Below, one piece after another: positions 11,783 to 27,838 of a stretch of DNA of 64,000 nt. The translations under genes were made by a program, and so were the position numbers. Numbering within the stretch: position 1 is the stretch's first letter; every line of letters begins with the position of its first letter. Source of the DNA: Azolla caroliniana. Lineage: Eukaryota; Plantae; Polypodiophyta. Under the pieces are notes generated by a model. The model had not been told where the DNA came from. It worked only from the letters and a program-made list of their open reading frames with translations, and did not search any database. The DNA is taken from assembly GCA_043228905.1 (NCBI GenBank), contig JBHGNT010000017.1, positions 3,162,001-3,226,000 of the forward strand, read 5' to 3'.

Positions 11783-14751
11783 GGTGTCATCAATAAAGAA
11801 GCTCGTCTGTAAGCACACAAATGCAGACAAAGAGTGATCTTGGTATTAATGAAAACAAAAAATCAAAAGGGTGGGGAGAGAAAGAAATCCATGGAAGAAA
11901 AACAGATATAAGTAAAAGAACTGATTGAAGGAGAAGGAGAAGGCAAATGGAAGCCCTTACTGTGTGGTTTCGCTGCACAAGCTTCTCTCTCTCTTTCTCT
12001 CTCTCCTCTCTCTCTCTCTCTCTTTCACAGACACATGCTCAGCATTTTATAAAATTACAAAACTACCCCCCACTCACCCAAAGTCCTAAACCAAACTCAT
12101 TTTACACTTCTCCATATTTACAAAGAATACCCCTCTTCATCCATTCTCATTTTAATCTCATTTTACTTGAGCAATTTTTAGCTCGCACTCAAAGATTAAG
12201 CAAATAAATTGCCCGCCATATCTGCGACATCATGATGATGATGATGATGATTTGATTACCACTGACATTTCAGGCAACAGCCGTTTAGTGCAGCAATTAG
12301 TTTTTATGTCCCTTACTTTTTGCTTTTTGTGTATATTAGATATTGATCATTGGAACCCTGTAGGAGAGACCATGGCCCTTACTATTGAGAATGATTGTTT
12401 CTACATCTTGTTTTCGACCATTTCTAGTACCTCGATTGGGCCCCACTCAACTCCACCAATGCTTTGGTTCTCCCTCAACCCATCCATATCGACAATCAAT
12501 GACATTTAGTGGCCTTGTAAAACATGTCTGAATATACATATCTATCAAACCTTGATTGCATTGCCTTTGCATTTGTGACTAATCCTCCCCATTCCAATAC
12601 ATGTTTTCCCCTCTAGATATACAAAGATTTAAGTAGCAAAAGTACTAATTAGTATTATACGCAACAATCTACTACATATTATTCCCAAAGAAACTTTTGC
12701 CATGCTTATGTCACATGTGAATGGATTCTTGTCCCTATTGTAAAATAATCATGGTTTTCCCCATCTTAATTTGGTAGAGAATTCCTACGTAAACTACATA
12801 ATTTGTCTTGATAATCAAGTAAGCATATTGTTCATATAATACATTTCCTAATAAAGCATATTTCTTCAACAAGAAGGGCATTTCGGTTAATTATCTTTTT
12901 TTAATACATTCTAAAATTTTGAATATTCTTTAGAGCACCCCCTGTCCTGTACTTTCAAAACTTACCACAAGACCCCTTGATCTTTAGGCGCAATTTAATT
13001 TGGCAATTAATTAGTTATTGATTAAATTATCTACAATTAGGGATTATTTTATGAGGAACCTCGAATAAACAATGATTGATCAATTGGTCTATTCATCACC
13101 GATTAATCAATCAATGTATTGATCATCACCCAATCAGTTTTAAATAGCTCAAATTATTTTTGAAAATTGAGGAGTATTTAGGCAATTATGCAAACATGAG
13201 AGAGATATGCACTTCATGTTTCCTTAATCATAAAAAATCACTTGACTAGACAACATGTACATGGAATCAAGTGTTTCAAACACTATACTTACGAAATGTA
13301 GTCAATCTCAATATAAATTTGTCAAATATATTGCACATTTGTATTCTAAAATATGTCACAACATCGAGACATGTTAGATATTTAATTGCAAAATTTACAA
13401 ATGATTTTCTATAATGCAATTGTAAATAACACATTCACTAAAAGACACCACAATGGTAAGAAGAGGAAACATGTTATAGTTGGCATTTGTCAACAAAACA
13501 AAAGTTTGTTGTTTATATGCCGTGCCACAAATATTTGTGTTAAAGTCCTACTAACAAAATATAAGTTGATGCATTTATTGTAGGTTATCAAGATAAAATG
13601 ACATCGCCAAATTGTCTTGTTCATCATTTTCAATGCTCGAAGTGACTGATGATGGAGGTTAATGTGAATGTCTCTATGACTACATTTGTTAATCATTTTG
13701 TTAATAATTTGTCAAATCTTTATGGGTGGCTTGCTTATGGCTATACTTAATGATCAAAATTTTATTCCATTGTGAGTTGTGAATATAGTTTTTCTTTGAG
13801 ACTCTACATTCCCTTGTAAATTGTGGTTTTAAGTCAAATGTTATCTTGCGATCTTAGTTCACTAATCAAACAAACCCATTAGAGGCATGAAATAAAATTT
13901 GGAAGACATTCTTCATTTATATGTCAAAAAGATTATGGTATATGACCATATTCCCCAAATGATGATCTTGAAAACATGCATGACCTCCTTTGATCCTTCA
14001 CCAAATGATAGTATAACACAATTGGTAGGGAAAATCTAAGACATCAAATGCAAATATACAAGTCAACATAATATGCATATAGTTTTCAAAGGTAGGAAGT
14101 CAATGTGGTTGCAAGTTTTCATTTGTTTTATCATTTGGAAACTATCATTTATATCAACTTATCATGTTAACTTACCACCCCATCATTCTTGCCAATGACA
14201 ACCTAAATAGAACTCTATTGCAAGGATAATGTGTGTTTTCCATTCTAACTTGATCACTCTCAAGGACTTTCTTACACTCAACAAAATTGATCACATAATA
14301 TTACATATTTCACTATTAAGGATTGTATTGAGTACATCACCATCCCATTGTTACCATGCCTTTCCATGGTCTGAATGATACATTGTTGGGTAGAAAATCT
14401 AACCTTTGGCACGCCTCCTTTTCTCAATATTTATTTCATTTGTTACTTGATACTTGTGGTTGATTAATGGAGAGCATGAAACACCATATTGCAAAAGATC
14501 ATAGTGACATTAATCACGATTGCAACTAATTAGCCATATAAGCATGAAGTAATGTAAATATATAAAAGAATGTCAAAAATGATTGCTCACGTGCCATCCC
14601 CCTTATTGCATGTACATACAGTAACCTAAAAAAAGAATTGTATAGAAGCTTGCAACATTTGGATGTTCAGTTAAAAGGATGGCTAAATTGCAATCCCCCT
14701 GATCCAAGAACATTGAAGCAAAACAAACAAAAAATTTAAGGTAAGTTGGGC

Positions 14752-17207
14752 CTAGATTTTTACATGGCATTGGTTTGACCTAAATGTCTCAGGAGCAAGA
14801 GACTTCAATATCAAACTTTCAAGTCTTTTCGCTCCAAAACTAGGTTTAAGTATAGTTATATCCCCTATTTCTTTACAAGGATCTTTACCATTTCTATTAG
14901 TAGCAACACACCAACCACCTGGGGTAAAATAATCACCTTTGCGACCAAGAAGTTCGTTATCAATCTTGTCAAGAACCGGATCATCCTGCTCAAACTTCCT
15001 TGCAAATGCAGCCCCACTTTCTTTCATGTTATCAAAATCGCTCATACCTAACACGCGTGGATGTTGCTTTGGTGGGTTATCCCAAGCAATGTAATGTAAG
15101 TCATGATTCACTGTGGTGTTTTGGAACTCTTTTGTGTTACAAATCACGCTATGGAAATAACCTTCCGGTGACGAAACGAAATTCGTGAAGTACATAAGCA
15201 TCATGCGAGGGAGGTTATCCCATCCAAAAATGCAATACTCCAGAAAGGATCTCGTCAATGCTACCCAGGCCGACCCTGGAACATAAATAAATATTAGATT
15301 TAAATTAAATGTATATATTAGAATTTTACAGTCACCAATAAACAAAAAAAGCATAAATTGATTGCGTGTAGTGATGAAGGCTGATATGGTTTCCTAATCT
15401 TAAAGCAATGTGTCTATTGGTGAGATTCATTGTCTTTCTATGACAACTGAAGGGGTTGAGAATTATTTAGCATCATCTTATGAAACCAAACTTCTATTAT
15501 GACACAATCGATGATGAATGACAAACTAGAAACCCAAGAAAAAAGCTTTTGCCCTACGACAATTTTGGAACATATAATGTATACATTGGAAGCACAACAT
15601 ATTTAGCCTGTAAAATATTAAAAAGGATAGCACTAATTTCATAAATACCAAGAAATAATTTGAATGAATTTGGCAATGTACGGCGTTGGGTCGCCCAAAA
15701 AATATCTGCTTTTTGGGATTGATACAAACCCGGATCAACAATTATAGGCTTTGCTCTTTGATATCTGTGAGACAAAATGCAAGTTGAAATCTTCTAAGCA
15801 TGAACAGAAGATTCTCTTCGTTATGACAACCTGGTTGTGAATTGAAGACCGTAATTTGGTCTCTACTTACTCTTTCCACCCAATGTCACTCGTGTGCTCG
15901 ATGAAGTTCAGATCCTTTGGCAAGTAGGAAAAGACATGGAGCAGTTCTGCAGGAAACACAAATAATGGACAAATAAATAAGAGACTCTATTTTTCATGAA
16001 GTTCGGATCCCGTATGTGTGGAAAAAGCACACGAAACAGATGTTTCTGGATTCCTTGAAAAACGGTCCCTATACTGTTTAAAAGAAATTTTCTCCCATAG
16101 TAGAGAAGGAATCATCAGAAATGTAAACGATATTCGACCAAAACTCATCTACCAGAGTAGAGAACACATTGCCTCTGTTTTAAGTTACCATTGAGATTTG
16201 AAATAAATGTTGTAAGATTGTGAATCATGTAACTGATAATGAAACTATCCATGGATGCCACAAGCAAAAACAATGCATGTTTCAAAAAACACTAAACACT
16301 TCTTTGGGTCATTTTCCTAACTCTATAAAGCTATCTCTAAGTGATGAAGGAAACTACATGGTATCTTTCACTATCTCTTGACTGAAGAAAATATATCAAT
16401 GCTTTGATGAGTTGTCATTCATACTATACTAGAGTGAAGGAAAGATTTAACCACATTATATCAAGGATACATCAATGCCATAGAATGTGGATTTAAAGAG
16501 AACAATTTAAAGTGGGGAAATAGAGTTAAGAGAAAAAAACACATACCATCTTGAGTTACCAAAGGGTAATCGGAGGCGCTAAGGTTAATGAACCAATCCC
16601 AATCTCGGCTTTTCCGGAGCAAAATGGCGGCAGCATGGAGGGTACAAGCAGTCATAGTGGGGCCCATATAAGTAATTAGGTTAGCCTTACCGATCACATA
16701 AACATTCGCGAACATGGCCAAAGTAGGGTTAAGCTTCGCAAACTTGGCGAGTTCAATTCTCTCCTCAGGACTGGCATCCAGATCAAGGTGCAGAACATAA
16801 TGATTCCTCGGATGGTAGAGCGCCTTCGCGAGCCTTCTCATCCGCTTGCTATCTCCACGGGTACCGGTGATGAGGTAGGCTAATCTCGGCGGGGGCGACG
16901 GAAAGGTCTCGCGAGGGAAGTTTCCGGAAGGCGGGAAGCTCCATGAAGGTGAAGAAGGAGAAGAAGAAGAGTCCATCAAGGGTCTCATGCTAAGGGAAAT
17001 GCTCAGGGCCTCGGACATGGATTGGGGGAAGGGTCCGAGAGAAGCTCTGTAGTAATAAAAACTGCAAGAGCAGGCGAGGAGGAGGAGGAAGAGGAGGAGG
17101 CATAGGGTTAGGGAAAGGATGGAAAGAGGGAAGAGGAGTAACCACTTCTTCCTTTGAATATGTGAAGCTCTGCACAGTAATAATAGGTTGGGGAAGGTGC
17201 TCTTCAT
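14752..17207 (-). CDS. GT14 family beta-glucuronosyltransferase (GlcAT14-like, Core-2/I-branching domain), 4 exons
   Basis: Exons approx. 17207-16547, 15947-15871, 15764-15649, 15275-14752. TM anchor, then PPRLAYLI.G..GD, YHPRNHYVLHLD, WDWFINLSASDYPLVTQD, GSAW..L.R.F.EYC..GWDNLPR, PEGYFH.VICN, FARKF. Confidence 0.93.
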
Positions 17208-17650
17208 CTTCAGAGGCTAGGAGAAAAAGGGAAGAAAGACAAAAACAAAAACAGAGCGGAAGAGGAAGACAGGGCAGGAGGCAGGGGACAGAATTTTTTC
17301 TTCTTAATTTTGGTTTTTTCTTTTTGGGGGGGGGGGGTTTCAAAATTGAAGACAAATCGGTCAGTATTTGAAGCTTTCCAGAGAGACTTTAAAACTGGGC
17401 TCCTGCTTTTTCTTCTTTTCTTTCCTTTATTTATTTATATATTTATTTATTTATTAATCTATTTATTTATTTATCTATTTATTTATTTGTTTAATTTATT
17501 GCTAACCCTCGATCTCCAAAACCCAAAAAACACAATAATTTAATAAATCGACATTTTACAAAAACCTTCCTCATTCTCGTTTGTTTTTATTTTACCAAAT
17601 TTCCGAATGTTTTTTTAAATTAATTATTTAAATCACTCCCCATCTGTCTA

Positions 17651-17681
<31 letters not shown>

Positions 17682-18725
17682 CCATCCCTCATGTTTCAAA
17701 ATCTTGTATGTATTTATTTAGTTAACTCAAAATTTTGACTTCTTTTTATTCTTTCCTGTTTTAGCAAGCATTTCATTTAATACAAACTCACTTTGCATTT
17801 AATAGAGGTCTTCCTTTTTCTTAAGTCATCTTACACTTTAGTGTTGTCTTTGCATGATAGAATCTAGAGTCTGGACTATCCCCAATCATCTACATCGGAG
17901 CGCCGAATGGAGACCGCTACATACGGGAATGCAACACCTGGCAGCATTTGTAGATGTACTATTTACTATCATATTCGAGGTAGATTGCAACTCTCTATAT
18001 CCAAGAGGGATCTGGACTTTGGACCATTGTAGCATCTCATGCAATTCGAGGACCACATAAGTATTGGATCTAAAATCTCTTGGAGCTTCAGAGGCACAAA
18101 TAAGCCATATTGGAAGATAGCGCACAAACACATCCATTGGAAGAAGAACATAAAAGCACCATCCTTTATTTTCCTCACATACATACCACACACATCTCAC
18201 AACTCACTCAAGCCCAAATAAAGTACATGATAAATGAACGAGCTTACCTAACAAAGCTAGGAGATTCCCAAGACAACCCCCCTAGGAAAACAATCGTGAC
18301 ACCTCACATAATAAATAAGAGCAATTGTTGGAAGTTTGGGTCGGGACTCCTCAAGCAAAATAATACAATTGAGAGGAGGAGGTATGATGGGGGCTTTGGG
18401 ATGGGTCTTATATAAATATGGGTATTTGTTATTTTCTCGAGCAAGAAAACAAGCTATACAATGTACATTGATATGGTCTAATTAACCATACTAGCCTCTT
18501 AGAGACATTGATACACTTCTCTTTCATTAATCAATTATAACTCTTTGTCAATTTTCGGTTCTCAATCAAATGAAAAACAAGTTATAAACATAATATATGT
18601 GAAGTTTCTTACCAATTGTATTCATAGCATGGTAGATCTGAAACATTCGAAACACAAGGCAAACGTATGTTTGTGTGCAAATGTTAATGTCGATGGAGGT
18701 AATCCCTTCGTTCTGTTCTTACTTT

Positions 18726-18797
18726 AGGGCGCAACCAGGATTGAACTGATGACCTATCGGACTGCAGCCGATTGCTCTACCATTGAGCTATGCACCC
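18726..18797 (-). tRNA. tRNA-Cys(GCA), gene or young pseudogene
   Basis: GGGTGCA TAGCTCAATGGTAGAGC A ATCGG CTGCAGT CCGAT AGGTC ATCAG TTCAATC CTGGT TGCGCCC T. All four stems pair and CAA lies just upstream. There is no adjacent T4 terminator. Confidence 0.8.
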
Positions 18798-19976
18798 TTG
18801 ATGTTTATTCCATTATACCAATAAGACTTCTTGCCAAGAGTATTCGCATAACTTTTCATAATACTAGGAAATTTGTGCCATGATTTACAAAATACAATTG
18901 TTTTTCACACTCTATTAATAATTGTTACATCATACAATTTGCTAATTACACTTCTAATTAGAAACTTGTTGATTCTTGAGTAGAGGATTAATATGTTCAC
19001 GTCACTCCAATGAGAAACTTATCCATGTGCCTAATCTTAATTTTCACATGATTAAGAGGTGAACTCGACCAAGCATACATAGGTAGCTTGGAAAAATAAC
19101 AAGAGAAGTTGTTCGATGTCTCATATATAGATGTGATCAATATCAATAAATTTCTAGGAATAGAAAACTTGTCATTGGTTTATCAATCTAAAAAATGGTG
19201 AGTTGTATCAATATGTGTATGCCTTAAGATAACTGTGGCTTTGGAATGAAGGGTTGTTTGGCAAATAAGAAAATAAGAGAAACACATTCAAGCCCCCTAA
19301 ATGAACCCTTCTACCTGAGCTATCTAAACTACTTCGAGCTTCATCAAATTCAATCTTAGAAAACCATCCTACCTTCAATATATTTATTATAGCAAAACTG
19401 CTCATTAGCACTATCACAAACAATTGCTCATCCTGAGATATCCTCAATACTTCTAACAATCATACTAATACATACTCCCATTGAAATAATTACAATTGCC
19501 ATGGCATTTAATATATCTGTGGCTGATTCATGACTGATGAGCAACATGCATTGAGGGCATAGTAAGATCATTCATGGCCAAAGCTGCTTCTTCTGGCCAA
19601 CTATTCATGAATTAAAAGAGAACATAAACAGAAAGATATAGCTAGAAACTCATGGCATGAAATTGATTAATGACCGTTCCCTCTGGCATGAACAAATCTG
19701 ATTTTTCCTATGTAGGCAAATGTTTGTGTTTGGGCTTTGTTTCACATAATTCATATATATTTTCACACAATCTGTAAAGAAAACACCAGAACATATATCC
19801 CACACATTTGAATCTAAATGTGACATGTAGACAAGATATCACCCACATTTATCAATACAATTTCAGATCTTTAACAAAACATACATTTCAACTTGTTTTT
19901 AATGTCTATCCTGATTGTTGTTTGCAGACCAGTAGGGGCTATTGCATGAATTTTGGCATCTGTAGTGCAAAAGAGA

Positions 19977-22779
19977 CTAGCAACCTTTGCAAGTCGCCTT
20001 TGGGCAGCGACAAATCGGATGGCCTGAATCTGCCCATCCATTAAAACCTCTCTCAAGGATGCATATCTGAGGAACCTTATCCATACTTTTGTTGGACAAA
20101 GTTATATGTTCTACCAACTTTCTTGCACATTTTGGTCCTCTCACCTGAAAGTTAAATAAATTAGAAATGGCCTGATTATTTGTTATGAAGAAAAGATTTA
20201 TACAATCAAAATCAACCTGACTTAGGGCACAATGGAAAACCACTACTTCTTGGCCTCTGATTCTTCCCACTAAATCTGGAAGGTTCTCATGAAATGTGTC
20301 ACTTGCAAAGTGCCATGAACCAGCAATATGGCCGTCATAACTTCTTTCCTCATCCCTGATTAAATGTTCTTGAACTAGTTATATTATCCTCACCCTCATT
20401 ATAAAATCCTCTCTTTCTCTCTCAATTCATAAACAATTGCAGAAATAGAGATAACAGTTGGTGGAAAATTTGTCCTGCATGCAAATCAGGTAGTGAGAAA
20501 CAACAACAACAAGTATTTACAGCATGAAGAATATTGTGCATGCATAGGATATAGGCCCTCATGCTTCATTTTAAAAAGTTTTCATGGTAAGTCGATTATG
20601 AAAACTGAAGCAAAGTATAGGTTTTTGACATTTTATACTTTGCAATATTGAAAATTACCATACCTTGTATGCTCAACCTTATCAAGTGTCGTGTATTTAT
20701 GATCAACGTCACCAACACACAGCATAATATCCTCAATAATATTGACCTTTGATTCTTCTTTTACAAATAAGTCTTCTTCACTTTCATGGTGTGTCCATAA
20801 TCAGTTTAATTGCAAACCGATAGTATGAAGCAATATTACAGACATCACCATCATTTACAGAAATATTATTTTGCCTTTCCTTCTCCTTTTCTTAGCAAAA
20901 TAAGACAGTAGATGTGAAGTTTATGATGTCTTCAACATTTCCTTGGATTTGTGGGCCGTGCTAGCTTTCCTGATGATGAGATAATGGGATTTTATTTGGA
21001 TTCCCCTCCTCTTCTTGCTATCTTCACCATCGATTATTTCCATCTGAAGTTCAGCGTTAAAACCATAGTTGGTATATTCCAATCATACTAATCACTCTCT
21101 TGAAATATATTTCACTCTCACTCTTCACTCTCTCTCTCCCTCTCTCAAAACCTTTCTTGCATCTCATCGAAGCATTCTAAATATTGTGACTTACATGCGA
21201 TGGAATTTCTCTTCCCTCCTACTTTTATGATTCTGAATACATTCCAACCCCTCAAAATCTTCACATAAAATGTACGGAAAGCCTTCAAACTATGGCCAGG
21301 ACCATAACAATACAGACAAGATTATTACCATGTAGAGTATGGCAAACCTCCACACTGTCAACCTCTTCCTCTTTTCTAAACAAACATTGCTCAATCTCAA
21401 GGCCATGGTTACTTACTTACAAAGATCCATTAAGCTTATAGATCATGGTTACGATAACATCGGAACCACAAAGTCAAATACTACATTCCTGTCTATGTTC
21501 ATCTCCACAAGCATCATTAATTCTCTACAACAATTTCAATACCTTCAATATTTATGGCACACATTATTAGCATATAATCTTGAACATATTCAGCACCATT
21601 ATCATTGTCATCATTAATAGTTCATTCTACTATTTCTCGCCTTGAATATTGTAAAGTGAAGGGGACGCTTTGTTCTTTTCTGTACCCAACTATAAACATC
21701 AGGGCCTTGCTGATATCAGCCCATTACTACACCAATTTCTGTCTTTAACTCTGTCAATACCACCTTTAATCTCATTTCAAAAAGTGGCTTCTCTTTAATA
21801 CTCGCTATTCCAAAAAAAGTACCTCTAAGTCTGAGTAACATATCCAGTCCTAAAAGATCAAGTTACCTGCCTTGCTTACACTCTTCATTCCTAATTTTGT
21901 GCCATCTAAAATATAGCTACTATAGCTTTAATTATACATCACACAATCTTCAACAGATTATACATCTGACAGAGTGAATGATCTCCAATCATGACTAATC
22001 CAGGTTTCTACCAAATTCGGTTGGATCTTGGCCATGTGCGAGGGTGTTTTTCTACCCTCAACCTCCATCTATTGCCATCCATTCATCACCAAGCATTTAT
22101 TCCAATTTATGAATGACCACCTTGAGATCTTATGTGTTAGTTGCCATTTATCGCACCATAATAGACTACACAACTGAAGTCCTCCTATCTCTGTGTGTTT
22201 TGCACAAATCTTACCATCGCTCTTTGGAACCTTTTTTCTACATATGAACCATACAACTTCTCTTGTTTCAAACTGTTTGCCATACATCTACATATTTACA
22301 ATACATATTCTCTCGTTTCAAAATGTATACAATACATCTGATTATCTGCCTGTGCGTGCGTTTTCAACAACTCTGGTATTCTCTATTGTGACACCCGTTC
22401 ACAAATGGCACCATGGTTATGTAGATCAGACGCGTAAATTTGATCAAATAATGCATTTCTTTTGCAGAAATAATCATAACAGTGATATTTAATAAAAACG
22501 ACTCCAATTTCGGATATTCAGTAAAAACGACTCAGATTTTCTGCGTACATCTTCATGCAGAGATAAGAGAAATAACAGAGAACGAGAGATAAAGGAAAGA
22601 TTGATGTACCTCACATCGACTATGGCGATATTGCCTGAGGGCTGAAGCTTTGTGAGCTGTGTCGCTGTGATGTAGGAAATCGGAATAGATGCCATCGCAG
22701 GGTTCTCCTTCTCTGATTTCTTCTTTTTGTGAAGAAGGCAAGGAAATACAGACTCCAAACTTGATCTGAAGAAGCCCAT
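19977..22779 (-). CDS. ACR2: Arsenate reductase / CDC25-like rhodanese-domain phosphatase, 3 exons
   Basis: Exons 22779 (or ATG 22695)-22610, 20355-20217, 20144-19977 give [75 protein letters not shown]..CKGC. The HCX5R active site is intact. Confidence 0.93.
21650..22330 (-). mobile_element. Highly degenerate L1-like remnant inside ACR2 intron 1
   Basis: Minus-strand fragments 'KICAKHTEIGGL' and 'LLW...SF.NW.KC' resemble the post-RT 'FLW...W..IC..K..GGLG' L1 motif. Many stops. Confidence 0.4.
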
Positions 22780-22892
22780 CCTTTTCTCTCTCTCTCTCTC
22801 TCATACACACACACACACAAACAAACAATAAAGCCAACCCAAACTGTAATTCACGCTAGGAAAGGTCCCAAGACTCCATGGACCCAAATGAA

Positions 22893-23031
22893 GAGACTTT
22901 GGGCATGACCCCATTAATTTGTCGAGAGACTCTTTGGACAGGACCTGTTAATTCCTCGGACAACTCTTCGGACAGGACCCATTAATTCGTCGAGAGACTC
23001 TTTGGACATGACCCATTAATCCCTCGAACAA
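22893..23031. repeat. 34-bp minisatellite, 4 copies, alternating A/B (68-bp dimer), just upstream of ACR2
   Basis: Units ggacaggacccattaattcgtcgagagactcttt / ggacaggacctgttaattcctcggacaactcttc. Confidence 0.85.
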
Positions 23032-24736
23032 TCCGTGTGGTAACAATGCAATGTAGAACCCCTCTTTCAACTAACTTGTTGAGTACCATTCGGACATGGC
23101 ACGGCACGCCTTCTGTGTGCAACCAGTAGTCTGTCTACATAGATTTGTCTGAATGATATCTGAGTTTTGGACTTTGATGCCACATGCCATCCTATGTATG
23201 TTTATGATTTTGTTTGATTGAGAAGCCTTCGTTGCCCTACATAGTATGCTCCACACGAACTATGAAAGAATGATATTTGATCGTATATGGAGACTACATG
23301 CAACTAATACATGTTATGGTTTATTGTCGGAAACGATAACATAAAATGTGTGGGCATTACCCTTAGTTAGGTGAGTCTTGCATCAATTCTTGCAAACCTG
23401 GGAATTTTATCCTTTAGGAAGTGTATTATAATTGATTGGGTAAGTGACTCTACATGGGAGCACTATCCCTAGTTAGGTAGTTTTGTCCTCAATGGAAATT
23501 AGTACAGGTTTTCCATTACAATAGAGAAATTGTTCAGTTACTAGATAGATTGAAATATATTTCTATAGTGTGACATAATCATGGGCAAAGGTTTAGACAA
23601 ATAAAATCAATTGTTTGTATATAAACCCATTTCTCCTAAAAAAGAATGGCACATAAACGGGGTGATTGAATTAAAAGAGGAGAACAAGCACATTACTTGC
23701 ACAAGCACATTGCCTAATTATGTATGCTTCAAATCACATGTTCACACTTGGAAGTTGTTCTAAGTGACTTATTCTTAAAGTGGAGGACACGATAGATTAT
23801 TAAATAGGTTGTTAGTTCCATTAAATCGACGTAATATGCAAAGGGTATCGAATACCAAAGTTTTAGTACATGAGTGACTTTGCTCTGAGAGTCTAACACG
23901 TCTCGATCCTCGAAGAAAGGAACGACTAACGTAAATTACCATGCCACATAGCATGTCATTACCTCAAATTTGGACCAAGTATCGATCTCATTAACGTGAA
24001 GAAAAGGGAATGTAACATGTCATTCATGCACAGGTCCATATTGTGTTGTTGCAACAAGCATTTGTCGATGAATAAGATTGAGATAGGGTAGATACTAATT
24101 GATCATACCTCAAAGACAGGAATATGAAATGTGATTCATTAAAAACCCCAGTCCATATGGTGTTCAATTGAGATAGGCATCGGAGAAGGGAGGTCGAAAG
24201 ATATGGGATTGTGACATGTGATTGATTCATTGAAGCCATGGTTCATGTGGTTGTACCAAATTGGGCTTCAGGGGCAGAGAAGACCTCTCTCCAATTCCAA
24301 CAAAAAACCAAACAGACTAATAAGAAAAAGGAGTCAATTTTAGAGATACATGTGAAGGAGACAGGCTATATATATAAAAAAACAAAACAATTACAAAATA
24401 AAATAAAAAATAGCAAAGAAAACATGATGAAATGAATAAATAGATAGAAAATATTCACTAAAATAGAAAATACAAATAGATAATAAATAAATAATTAATC
24501 AATTTATACCAGAAGAAAGCATTGTGAAGAAGAAGAAGGAGAAGAAAAAGAAGAAGAAGAAGAGATCGAGCAATACGGCATCGAAGGTTTCTTAGATCCA
24601 CACAGATACTGTATGTTCCTTTCCTTCTCCTTAGATCTTTGTGCTTGTCTGTTCTTTATCTTCTCCTGAATCTCTAGTTTCTTTTTCCCTTTCTTTCTGC
24701 AGAATACGTCTCATCAGAAGCTCAAGTCATTCCACC

Positions 24737-27838
<3,102 letters not shown>

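Noticed and set aside
12250-14500. AT-rich region with short ORFs
   Set aside because: No recognisable protein motif or termini. Probably old TE debris.
16990-17355. Overlapping upstream ORF on GT14
   Set aside because: Non-ATG start and a low-complexity product of poly-C/poly-A 5'UTR tracts.
17860-18410. ORFs between GT14 and the tRNA
   Set aside because: Possibly decayed LINE 3' sequence, but no motif is clear enough to call.
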